A stretch of 64,000 bases of DNA from the IMG/VR virus record IMGVR_UViG_3300044638_007100, one strand, 5' to 3'. Below are positions 19,383 through 27,749 of the stretch, piece by piece. A model generated the notes under the pieces. The model was not told where the DNA came from. It made no database searches and worked only from the letters and a program-made list of their open reading frames with translations. This stretch comes from a virus. Both the position numbers and the translations under genes were made by a program. How positions within the stretch are numbered: position 1 is the stretch's first letter; every line of letters starts with the position of its first letter.

Positions 19383-20144
19383 TTAAAATCTAATTTCATT
19401 ATGGTTCTTATCAAGTGCTATTATTTTGGGTTTTATTTCAGGGTAAAAAGAACTAAGTACCCATCCCTGAGGATTTTTTAAGGCAGATTCTGGATAACAA
19501 TATGCCGAAGTTAAAGTTAAGGAAGGTGGAGTATCGATTAAATATCTATTCATATGACTTTCATCATGCCACAAAGCAATTATGCCATTTTCCAAATCAG
19601 TATTAACTCGTTGAGATATAACTTCAGACATTTCTAAAAAATTTTTTGTTTTTCCACCATTAAAACCACCAGCATAATATGTATGTCCTTTATCATAGGG
19701 AACATATGCTAAAGAATTTTGATTCCTTTCATAACTCATTTCATTTATACTATGAAATGATTGACCAGGATGTTTAGTGGCAACTAAATCACCTAAAACT
19801 TCATCACCAACTTTATCAACTATTGCCATATCTACATCAAAATAATAACAATAATCAAATTTAGAAATAAATTGTTTTTCTTTAATAAAATAATTATATC
19901 TTTTTAAAGTGGGCATAGGCCAAGGTTCATGTTCAATTTGACAAACTTTAACATTATCAGAAGTTTCTACTTCATGATCGGTAAAAAGTAAACACTCTAT
20001 ATCATGACCATTGAGAAAATTTTCTTCAATATTGTTGTAGAGTCTTTCTACAAATTGAATATATTTATTAGTAGCTATAGTTAAAATACAAACTTTCATT
20101 TTTTCTTCAGATATAATGCATCTCCCCAAATATCTCCCAACCAA
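19383..20144 (-). CDS. Glycosyltransferase family 6 (WbnI / ABO-transferase-like)
   Basis: IATNKYIQF; FDVDM; YYAGGFNGG; WHDESHMNRY; true start likely MKVCIL. Confidence 0.85.
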   Translation of the reverse strand: MVGRYLGRCIISEEKMKVCILTIATNKYIQFVERLYNNIEENFLNGHDIECLLFTDHEVETSDNVKVCQIEHEPWPMPTLKRYNYFIKEKQFISKFDYCYYFDVDMAIVDKVGDEVLGDLVATKHPGQSFHSINEMSYERNQNSLAYVPYDKGHTYYAGGFNGGKTKNFLEMSEVISQRVNTDLENGIIALWHDESHMNRYLIDTPPSLTLTSAYCYPESALKNPQGWVLSSFYPEIKPKIIALDKNHNEIRF

Positions 20145-20710
20145 TTAGTTTCAACTCTTTCCATGCCATATGATTCAAGAAAATTATCAATTTCCTGAAC
20201 ATATGCATTGTTTTCATAAACCTCATCACGGTTAACTTCACAATAAACATAATCAATGTGTTCTAATGTTTTTAAAGATCCCCTTAAAACTTCAAGTTCG
20301 TATCCTTGAACATCCATATTTAAAAAATTAAAATCTTTTGTATCAAAATTATCAAGTAAATTAACTTCAACCTCTTCCTCCCCCTCAAATTTCACATGGG
20401 GATGATGAGTCAAATGAATTTTAGGTTTTAAAATAGAACTACTTTGCTTTTCATTATCACTCAAGTGCATAATTGCAGTTCCAACATAAGATCCTAAAGC
20501 AATTTGATGTCCTTCAATATTAGCATTAAAATCCAAAACTCTTTGAGAAAGAACATTAAAACATTCAGTTAAAGGTTCGAAAACAATAATATCTTGAATT
20601 CCATTATTAATATAGTCATTAATTTCTTCCCCATAGTGTGCCCCAACATGAATAATTCCCTTTATATCCATATTATATTTTTTAAAAATACTTGAAAAAT
20701 TAATTAACAT
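20096..20710 (-). CDS. FkbM-family methyltransferase
   Basis: IHVGAHYGEE; VFEP; MDVQGYELEVLRG. Confidence 0.88.
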   Translation of the reverse strand: MLINFSSIFKKYNMDIKGIIHVGAHYGEEINDYINNGIQDIIVFEPLTECFNVLSQRVLDFNANIEGHQIALGSYVGTAIMHLSDNEKQSSSILKPKIHLTHHPHVKFEGEEEVEVNLLDNFDTKDFNFLNMDVQGYELEVLRGSLKTLEHIDYVYCEVNRDEVYENNAYVQEIDNFLESYGMERVETNWLGDIWGDALYLKKK

Positions 20711-21566
20711 TAAAAATCTCCAAAAGTGTGTTTACTGATTTTTTATATGACAAATTATTTTCCACAAAATTGCGTGGAGTATATTCTTGTATTCTACCAT
20801 AAAACTTCTCAAATGTCTCTTCTATTTGTGACAATTCATAAAATTTTTCACCACATTGTTCGGACCAATATGGAACAGAAGTTGCAGGTACTGACCATTC
20901 TGGGCCCTGATCATTCCAAGAAGATAAATCCCAAACAAAAAATGGAACATTATTAGACATTATTTCCTGAACAGCAATACCCTGACTTTCTGTTCCATTT
21001 AAAAGGAAACAAAATCTAGATTGACTTGCCAACAGTTCAAGATCAGATTCTGAATAATTTCCATATGAAATAATATTATATGTTAATTTTTTACTTTCAA
21101 TAAAATCTATAACTTTAAATAACTCTTCATCACTTCTACGCTTGGAATAAATTAAACAATCATATTTAATGTTACGATTTAAATTTGATATCTTAATTCC
21201 AACTGGCCAAACTTTTATTTTTTCCTCAGGAAACCCAAATTTTTGAATTGCAAGATATTTAACCCACTCAGAGGGAACTACAAAACATTTAAAATAATCT
21301 AAATGATCTCTTAAAAATTTAATATGATCATCAAAAAACCATATTTGTGGTCCAATTACACAATATTCTAGCTCAAGATTTGAATGTTTTTGATGTCCAA
21401 TATAATCGTATTGAATTAAAAAATTAAATTTATATTTTTCTTCATTTATAGAATAATCAATATTTTCTTGATGAAGACTTTCTATTAAATTATTAACAAC
21501 TTTTTTAGGTCCATTCGTTTGTGAAGAATATGCCCAATAAGATTCGGAATAAAAAAGATTAATCAT
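20700..21566 (-). CDS. GT-B-fold glycosyltransferase
   Basis: VVPSEWV; VWPVGI; TESQGIAVQEIMS. Confidence 0.65.
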   Translation of the reverse strand: MINLFYSESYWAYSSQTNGPKKVVNNLIESLHQENIDYSINEEKYKFNFLIQYDYIGHQKHSNLELEYCVIGPQIWFFDDHIKFLRDHLDYFKCFVVPSEWVKYLAIQKFGFPEEKIKVWPVGIKISNLNRNIKYDCLIYSKRRSDEELFKVIDFIESKKLTYNIISYGNYSESDLELLASQSRFCFLLNGTESQGIAVQEIMSNNVPFFVWDLSSWNDQGPEWSVPATSVPYWSEQCGEKFYELSQIEETFEKFYGRIQEYTPRNFVENNLSYKKSVNTLLEIFNVN

Positions 21567-21567
21567 A

Positions 21568-22269
21568 CTAATTATTAATATTTGGACAGGGGCAAGATAA
21601 ATTTTCTAATTCTTCATTTCCCATGTAATATTCTCTGGGCAGACGCTCTATCTTGGTCCAAATGTTTAGAGTAGAACCAACATCAAGATAAGTATTATTT
21701 TTATTATTTTTCCAAAGTTTATAAGATAGAATATTAGCAAAAGAACCAGCAGCAAACAAAAACAACTTATCTTTAGGATCGTCTTCCAAAATCATTTCAG
21801 GAAGATCTCTATTCAATACCCAAGCATTATAATCAATTGGATAAAATTTTTCAACTTTAAAAGGTAAATTATCAAGATTCGTATTCTTATGTGTTACAAG
21901 ATGAATATCTCTTTCTTGATATAATGGAATATACTTTTCTTTATAAAAAGTATAATTATAATTTACAAAAATATTTGCATAGGTAATTTGCGATTCTTCT
22001 TGCCTTGAAAATAGAATTGCATCTTTATAGCAAGGACAAATAGCAACATAATAATTTGGATCTTTGTATTGAAGAGATTCAATAAGTTCTTGTCTTGCCA
22101 ATTCAAATAAAGGATGATTCCCATTTGCCTGCCACTCACCATTTGCAGGAAAAAAGGAATCTCCTTTAATAGCACCCCACTCACCATCAGCAAATTTACT
22201 TAAAGCAAATTTTTCATTAGATTGAAGTTTTTTATAAAAAACTTCAATTTCTTTCCTATAATCTTTCAT
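21568..22269 (-). CDS. DUF1792/GT-D-like glycosyltransferase
   Basis: FALSKFADGE; FAAGSFA; LDVGS. Confidence 0.55.
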   Translation of the reverse strand: MKDYRKEIEVFYKKLQSNEKFALSKFADGEWGAIKGDSFFPANGEWQANGNHPLFELARQELIESLQYKDPNYYVAICPCYKDAILFSRQEESQITYANIFVNYNYTFYKEKYIPLYQERDIHLVTHKNTNLDNLPFKVEKFYPIDYNAWVLNRDLPEMILEDDPKDKLFLFAAGSFANILSYKLWKNNKNNTYLDVGSTLNIWTKIERLPREYYMGNEELENLSCPCPNINN

Positions 22270-22982
22270 TTTTTCTTACAAACGGAAATAAAATATCCAT
22301 TATGCCAATGACTATCTTGCAATACTACTTCTGGATAAACTCTATCTACACCGTTACTAGTTCTAATTTGCATAGAGTAAATAATTTCAATTCCTAATTC
22401 CTCAATTGCTTTTTCGGTTCCTTCACGAGGGCGAGAATCATTCCAATCATCTACAACAAATATAAAAGTATCGTCAAGTGCGGGAAGAACATACTTTAAT
22501 CCATCATATTGATCTTCAACTTCATGTGGTCCATCAAATAGATAAACATTGAATTTACCAATATCGGTATAATCAACTTCTCTAAAATCTTCTTCATGAA
22601 GTTCTACACTGTTTTCATCTTCATCTCTTAAGGTGTTTTGAATATTTTTTCTGAACTCATTTCTAATATCACCAAATTGAGACCAGTTATCAATACAAAC
22701 AGAATGAACTTTGTTTCCATAAACTGCAGAACAAGCAGTGGAACCAGACCAAGACCCAACTTCAAGGTATCGTGCATCTTGAACAGTTTCAATTAAATTA
22801 TTAATAAAAATTCTGTATCTTTTACCAGACATTCCATACAAACCAAGAATCCAATTAGGCAACTTAGTTTCTTCTTGAACTGCTTTATCAAAAGCAGTCT
22901 TAATAAGTTCTGCATATTTGTTTTTACTATTTCCCATTTCCTCAATGTAGGGATTGAAGGGGGAAGATTCTATCAAATTCAT
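22266..22982 (-). CDS. Class I SAM methyltransferase (Methyltransf_24-like)
   Basis: YLEVGSWSGS; CIDNW; FDGPH; VVDDW. Confidence 0.8.
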   Translation of the reverse strand: MNLIESSPFNPYIEEMGNSKNKYAELIKTAFDKAVQEETKLPNWILGLYGMSGKRYRIFINNLIETVQDARYLEVGSWSGSTACSAVYGNKVHSVCIDNWSQFGDIRNEFRKNIQNTLRDEDENSVELHEEDFREVDYTDIGKFNVYLFDGPHEVEDQYDGLKYVLPALDDTFIFVVDDWNDSRPREGTEKAIEELGIEIIYSMQIRTSNGVDRVYPEVVLQDSHWHNGYFISVCKKK

Positions 22983-23003
22983 TATTTTCTATCCTATTTT
23001 TAT

Positions 23004-23663
23004 TTAAATAAATTTATATAAGTAACCATATGTTCCATTTGAAGATTGATTTTCTGGCAAAATATCCCAGAATTTTTCCACAGGATCTTGTAAAACTTCT
23101 TTATATGGATTTAAATCAAGATTTATACTATTATATGGGGGGAACAAATCTCCATTAAATTCAATTTTACAATCTCTATTAAGAGAATAATCAAAATTAG
23201 CACTTGTTATAAGTGCATATTTAGATATTCTTTTCATTTCGGAAATAGAATTTAAATTATATTCAGTAGGCAAATGCTCAAGTGTATGTCTACAGATAAC
23301 TAAATCAAATTCTAAATCATCATAGAGTTTCATTTGAGATAACATATCATTGTTAGTAAATGTTACCTTATCAGATTTATATTTTTTATTTTCTTCTATC
23401 AATTCTTGACAAATATCATTTCCAATATAAAATTCAAAATTTTGCTTTATGTTTTTCATCCAAAACCAATCACCACATGAAGTATCAAAAATTTTTTTTA
23501 TATTATAATCTTCAATAATTCTAACTAAATTTTTAGAATAAAGTTCAGTGTATCTTGTACTAGATCCCAAACCACTTTTCGATTCTCCACCAATTGGCAA
23601 CCACATTCCTTTAGAATAAAAATTACTATATGCGGATTTCAACTTTAAATTAAAATTTTTCAT
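23004..23663 (-). CDS. Class I SAM methyltransferase
   Basis: SGLGS; IFDTSCGD; YIGNDI; DLVICRHTLEHL. Confidence 0.75.
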   Translation of the reverse strand: MKNFNLKLKSAYSNFYSKGMWLPIGGESKSGLGSSTRYTELYSKNLVRIIEDYNIKKIFDTSCGDWFWMKNIKQNFEFYIGNDICQELIEENKKYKSDKVTFTNNDMLSQMKLYDDLEFDLVICRHTLEHLPTEYNLNSISEMKRISKYALITSANFDYSLNRDCKIEFNGDLFPPYNSINLDLNPYKEVLQDPVEKFWDILPENQSSNGTYGYLYKFI

Positions 23664-24430
23664 TTTTTATTTCGATAAAGTACAAATCCATTATCAACAC
23701 AATATTTTAGATATTCTCTCATTTCACCTGTTCCTAAAGTAATGTGAGCAGTTGCATGTTGATCAGCACCGTATTGAATTGCTTTCAAGCTACTCCACAT
23801 GCTAGTATCATCAGAAGGATGTGGTGGAACATAAGTTTTCAAATCAGTATACTTCTGCAACATATATGAAAAATGAATATCTTCACCACAAAGCATAGAC
23901 CAATGTTCTTCCGGAAGTTCTCTCCAGAAAACAGAGAGAAGATCTCTAGAAAAAAACCAAGAATGACCAACGATATCAACTTCAACAGGTTCAGTATTAT
24001 TTCCAGCACATTCTAGATTTGATTCCCAACCAAACCTTGCATATTTTCCGTCAGGAAGTTGATCTAGTTCATAATTCCCATTTTTAAACCTAAGACCAAT
24101 CCCACCAAGAAGTCCAGGATGCGTTTCATAAGTATTCAAACAATTTTCCAACCACCTATTACCGGGAATTGTATCATCGTCAAAAACACAAATATAATCG
24201 CTCTTTGCGTTTAAAGCATATGCAAACCTTGCCCAAACTCCATAGTTATAATTACTAAGAGATGAATTAAGTTGAGAATATGTTTCTTCATCATATTCAA
24301 TTCCTGGACAAGTATTTTGCCAATAAAAAATCTCTTTCACTGGCACAGTTTGATTTCTAATTGAATCAACTTGTTCTTTTAGATTTTTTCTTTTGTATCC
24401 ATTAAGAACAACTGTAATTGTTTTAGACAT
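23660..24430 (-). CDS. Glycosyltransferase family 2-like
   Basis: ITVVLNGYKR; YICVFDDD; GEDIHFS. Confidence 0.75.
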   Translation of the reverse strand: MSKTITVVLNGYKRKNLKEQVDSIRNQTVPVKEIFYWQNTCPGIEYDEETYSQLNSSLSNYNYGVWARFAYALNAKSDYICVFDDDTIPGNRWLENCLNTYETHPGLLGGIGLRFKNGNYELDQLPDGKYARFGWESNLECAGNNTEPVEVDIVGHSWFFSRDLLSVFWRELPEEHWSMLCGEDIHFSYMLQKYTDLKTYVPPHPSDDTSMWSSLKAIQYGADQHATAHITLGTGEMREYLKYCVDNGFVLYRNKK

Positions 24431-24466
24431 ATTTTAGAGTATCAATATAAGAAGTAATAGTATATA

Positions 24467-25270
24467 TCATATAATAAACCAACCATCACAATAAAGATCA
24501 ATTACACTTTTAGTGTCTTTTAAATGACCACCAAACCAATTTTTAGGTGCAATAACATTTTTGCTTTTTGCCAACCAAGCTCCCCACCATGAAAAAGATG
24601 AATTAGCAATAATATGATAAGAACATAAAGATTGTAAACATAAATCAATTCCCGTACCATTTTGTTCGGAAAAAATGAACCTGTCTTCTTTAAATAATTT
24701 TTGCCCTTTACACCAGTCAATATCATCAGAAAATATCATAACAGGAATATCATTTGGCATATAAGATAATCCATCTGAATAATATTCAAGATTTTGAACT
24801 GGGTGATGAGAAGTTCCCAAATAATCCCCTCTACGAATGTGAAGAGAAATAACCTGAGAACTTCCAAAACTTAAGGTAAATGCTTCTTCTGTAGGTTTTC
24901 TTATTTCATCAACAAAAGTAAATGCTTCTCTTAGTTCATTTTCTATATGTTGAAAATATTTTTGAGTTTGAAAATAACCATATAAACTAATATTATCTGG
25001 ACAGTTATTCCAAATATTTTGATCCAATGAGAAAGTAGATTCTACTAATTTTGAAAAATTTGTAACTAATTTTGGTGCATCAGGAAGTTTAAAACACTCA
25101 AAAATTGTTATATCAGAATTTGCACAATTAAAATCTCTTGTAGAAACGACAGATCTTGGAGGAAGACAATAATCATAACCATTTTTACATGCAATTCCTC
25201 GAAGTGCTGCATATTGGAACATTTGATTTCCAAGTCTTCCTAAATTTCCTAAATCATCATTTGCAATCAT
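24467..25270 (-). CDS. Alpha-1,2-fucosyltransferase (GT11)
   Basis: GRLGNQMFQYA; LHIRRGDY; IIANSSFSWWGAWL. Confidence 0.92.
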   Translation of the reverse strand: MIANDDLGNLGRLGNQMFQYAALRGIACKNGYDYCLPPRSVVSTRDFNCANSDITIFECFKLPDAPKLVTNFSKLVESTFSLDQNIWNNCPDNISLYGYFQTQKYFQHIENELREAFTFVDEIRKPTEEAFTLSFGSSQVISLHIRRGDYLGTSHHPVQNLEYYSDGLSYMPNDIPVMIFSDDIDWCKGQKLFKEDRFIFSEQNGTGIDLCLQSLCSYHIIANSSFSWWGAWLAKSKNVIAPKNWFGGHLKDTKSVIDLYCDGWFII

Positions 25271-25299
25271 TTTTTAAATTTAATTCCATTATTATTATA

Positions 25300-25330
25300 G
25301 CAAAAAAGGAGAGTTTATGCAACTCTCCTC
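25300..25330 (-). terminator. Terminator between the wcaG-like RNA and the glycan operon
   Basis: AGGAGAGTT-GCATA-AACTCTCCT plus T-run. Confidence 0.7.
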
Positions 25331-25339
25331 TAGGTTTTT

Positions 25340-25415
25340 CATGCACGCCACCAATTCTTTGACTGGAAATTGGAAACCAGGCGGGAGAGAGTCCCATCCG
25401 CACCAGTCGTCACTT
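25340..25415 (-). ncRNA. wcaG-like cyanophage RNA motif
   Basis: UGGUGCGGAUGGG..CCCGCC, then a pseudoknot (CUGG/CCAG stem, loop CCAAUU pairing AAUUGG), then UGGCG; upstream of polysaccharide genes; identified from recollection of the motif, not a search. Confidence 0.65.
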
Positions 25416-25472
25416 ATAATGCCCATACGACGAGGGCAAATCAGGGTTCAAACTTGACTCCACCACTTGGTT

Positions 25473-25700
25473 TTACGAAACCAAGAAAAGTTGGGATAAT
25501 TTTGATATCTCAGAAATACCAAAAAATGCACATAAAAATAGTACATCCCACAATTTAAGTTTAATAGCAAAAGGTACTGTGAGTAATCCCCCAATAACTT
25601 TAATCATCAAACCGTATTTAAAATCTCCCCACAACATAGTTTGATAACCAATCATAAGGAGAAAGTTCCCAAGATATCTTAGAACACTTATTTTAGACAT
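25473..25700 (-). CDS. Small membrane protein
   Basis: 75 aa, three hydrophobic segments. Confidence 0.6.
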   Translation of the reverse strand: MSKISVLRYLGNFLLMIGYQTMLWGDFKYGLMIKVIGGLLTVPFAIKLKLWDVLFLCAFFGISEISKLSQLFLVS

Positions 25701-25728
25701 AAGTACTTTTTAAGACTCTCTGTGTCAA

Positions 25729-25944
25729 CTAAGCAACCTCAAGAGATTCAAGATCTTGGGCGATACACTCAATGAGAATGTCATAATTATCAAGAGGGTC
25801 TTCGGAAAACACCACTCCTTCATTTTCGTAGAAGCGGCGAACCTTTTTATAAAGTTTCGGATTCTTTACATCAAGGTAGAATTCACCGTTAGCAGCAGAG
25901 CGAAGAGTGCTAACATCTTTCTTGAATTTTGCGATCAGAGACAT
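25729..25944 (-). CDS. Hypothetical protein
   Basis: 71 aa; perfect TTGACA-17-TATAAT promoter upstream. Confidence 0.7.
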   Translation of the reverse strand: MSLIAKFKKDVSTLRSAANGEFYLDVKNPKLYKKVRRFYENEGVVFSEDPLDNYDILIECIAQDLESLEVA

Positions 25945-25967
25945 TGTTTTGTTGTGTTTACTCTAGT

Positions 25968-26020
25968 ATTATAAGGGTTGGAGAGTTTTGTGTCAAGTGT
26001 GCCAGTTTCATCACTGGCAC
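25968..26020 (-). promoter_or_regulatory. Sigma70-type promoter with upstream palindrome
   Basis: GTGCCAGT-N6-ACTGGCAC abutting TTGACA(25996-25991)-17-TATAAT(25973-25968). Confidence 0.8.
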
Positions 26021-26259
26021 TCAGGGTGGAGATCAATAGACCCATATCCCTACTCACCTTTGTTTTGGTGTATGTACATTATACCGAGTGCTGGAGCAAT
26101 TGTCAGTCCACATCCGATAATGAACAATCCCATCTGACTATTTAACACAGTTTCTACAATATGAAATATCATCTGTGTTCCCCACTTCCAACATATAATA
26201 CAAACATCATAAGAATCATCACAAAAACTCCGGTAATAACTTGATTGGTCATTATCTAC

Positions 26260-26418
26260 TCATTTAATGTTATTAACAATTGTTAGAACCCCATGTGCAT
26301 AAAAGAACAATAAAACTGCACCAATACTTGCAGATATTAATGATGCTGTTTTATTATGATCATCTATTGCCTTTGCAACAGATATATCAATCATTTCTTG
26401 AACTTCTTCTGGTGTCAT
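26260..26418 (-). CDS. Small membrane protein (52 aa)
   Basis: Read manually: MTPEEVQEMID...GAVLLFFYAHGVL; ATGA overlap. Confidence 0.5.
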   Translation of the reverse strand: MTPEEVQEMIDISVAKAIDDHNKTASLISASIGAVLLFFYAHGVLTIVNNIK

Positions 26419-26564
26419 TTTTCATCTCCAAGAAACTTCGCAAGAGGATCTCTTCGGGTTTTGACTATTTCAACTGCTCGTTTATAAAACATATTATCCA
26501 TATTTCCAGACTTTTCAAAAGTCTCTTTGATCTTCACCCAATTATCGTAGGTGTGCTGATCCAT
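26415..26564 (-). CDS. Small hypothetical protein (49 aa)
   Basis: Read manually: MDQHTYDNWVKIKETFEKSGNMDNMFYKRAVEI... Confidence 0.6.
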   Translation of the reverse strand: MDQHTYDNWVKIKETFEKSGNMDNMFYKRAVEIVKTRRDPLAKFLGDEK

Positions 26565-26659
26565 AGTTTTAAAGATGAATACTACTAGTTATATTAGTAG
26601 GTATTTCTAGATTGTCAAGTTTATGTTCGTTACATAACATAGTTTAAAAAATTATTAAA

Positions 26660-26917
26660 TTAACGAACTTCAAAATCCAATTTTCTTACTTTACGTTGTC
26701 TTCTTGCTTCTTGCCAAGCAATATCCTCATTAGTAAGAACAGAAGATTTTGATTTCGTGCGAATAGAATTTAGCATAACAACTTGAGATAAATCAAGTGC
26801 AGAAATTCTATCTCCGCGAATGGTTGCCATATTTGAACAACCACAAGTTATAGTTTTAGTTGGATGCCCCTCTAACTCTCTACCACAAGAGCGACATCTG
26901 ATTTTTAAGTTTTCCAT
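26660..26917 (-). CDS. Zn-ribbon hypothetical protein
   Basis: CRSC...CGC. Confidence 0.65.
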   Translation of the reverse strand: MENLKIRCRSCGRELEGHPTKTITCGCSNMATIRGDRISALDLSQVVMLNSIRTKSKSSVLTNEDIAWQEARRQRKVRKLDFEVR

Positions 26918-26928
26918 GATTAAAATAA

Positions 26929-27516
26929 TTATTGAACTGGTATTTGTTGTGGAGTTTCTTCAGGAACAATCATCGGCGTTTGTTCTGAATCTTCTACAGA
27001 TAATTTAGAATTTTTTTCAGTTATAGATCTAAGCATCCATACAAATTTACCATGAGATTCCATTAAATCTTGAAGTAAACTTTCGGTTGCATATGATCTT
27101 TGATTTCCTGCTTCCTCAGATGCTTCTGTTAAAAGTTCAATAAGAATCATATTATCAGTCATCAATCTTTTAACCATTTCATCAGATTTAACAACTGGTT
27201 TTCCTGGAACAATTTGCTTTTGTCCCAGTTCATCCATTTGAATAATATTAGAACCTTCGCCAATAGAAGAAACTTCAACAATTCTTGAAAGAGACCCAAT
27301 TGGACGAATATTCAAATATCTCATATGCTCAGATAAACGATCAATTTCTTCAAACATTGCTTCATATTGTTCTCCAAAAAGAGTATGAAGTTGTTGAAAA
27401 TCAGATCCAACAACATTCCAATGAAAAACCCATGTTTTATGAAACAAAATAAAAAGATTTGCCTGAATATCACTAATTAATTTGTATAATTTTTCCATTA
27501 TATCATACTTTTTCAA
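26929..27516 (-). CDS. dps: Dps (ferritin-like DNA starvation/stress protein)
   Basis: HKTWVFHWNVVGSDFQQLHTLFGEQY..IDRLSEH; HGKFVWML; TATAAATA upstream. Confidence 0.9.
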   Translation of the reverse strand: MKKYDIMEKLYKLISDIQANLFILFHKTWVFHWNVVGSDFQQLHTLFGEQYEAMFEEIDRLSEHMRYLNIRPIGSLSRIVEVSSIGEGSNIIQMDELGQKQIVPGKPVVKSDEMVKRLMTDNMILIELLTEASEEAGNQRSYATESLLQDLMESHGKFVWMLRSITEKNSKLSVEDSEQTPMIVPEETPQQIPVQ

Positions 27517-27689
27517 GTATTTATATTGGGTTTATTTAAGAAATACTCTACACTGTTCATCACATCATTCATAGCATCTCGTAGATTTTCACTCTGTCCA
27601 GATTCTTGTTTAACTATGGGTCGGTGATCATCAGTAAGAGTCCAACGCCACAGATTCATATCTTTACAGTGCCAGAGATTAATTTTCAT
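27513..27689 (-). CDS. Small hypothetical protein (58 aa)
   Basis: Read manually: MKINLWHCKDMNLWRWTLTDDH... Confidence 0.6.
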   Translation of the reverse strand: MKINLWHCKDMNLWRWTLTDDHRPIVKQESGQSENLRDAMNDVMNSVEYFLNKPNINT

Positions 27690-27749
27690 ATTTACTATCT
27701 ATAAAAAAAGGAGGGGTTTCCCCCTCCAAATTTATAATACTTTCAGATA

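Noticed and set aside
25340-25465. tmRNA on the + strand (…GGTTCAAA…CTCCACCA at 25445-25465)
   Set aside because: No matching 5' acceptor strand or tag reading frame; the minus-strand wcaG-like reading explains the region better.
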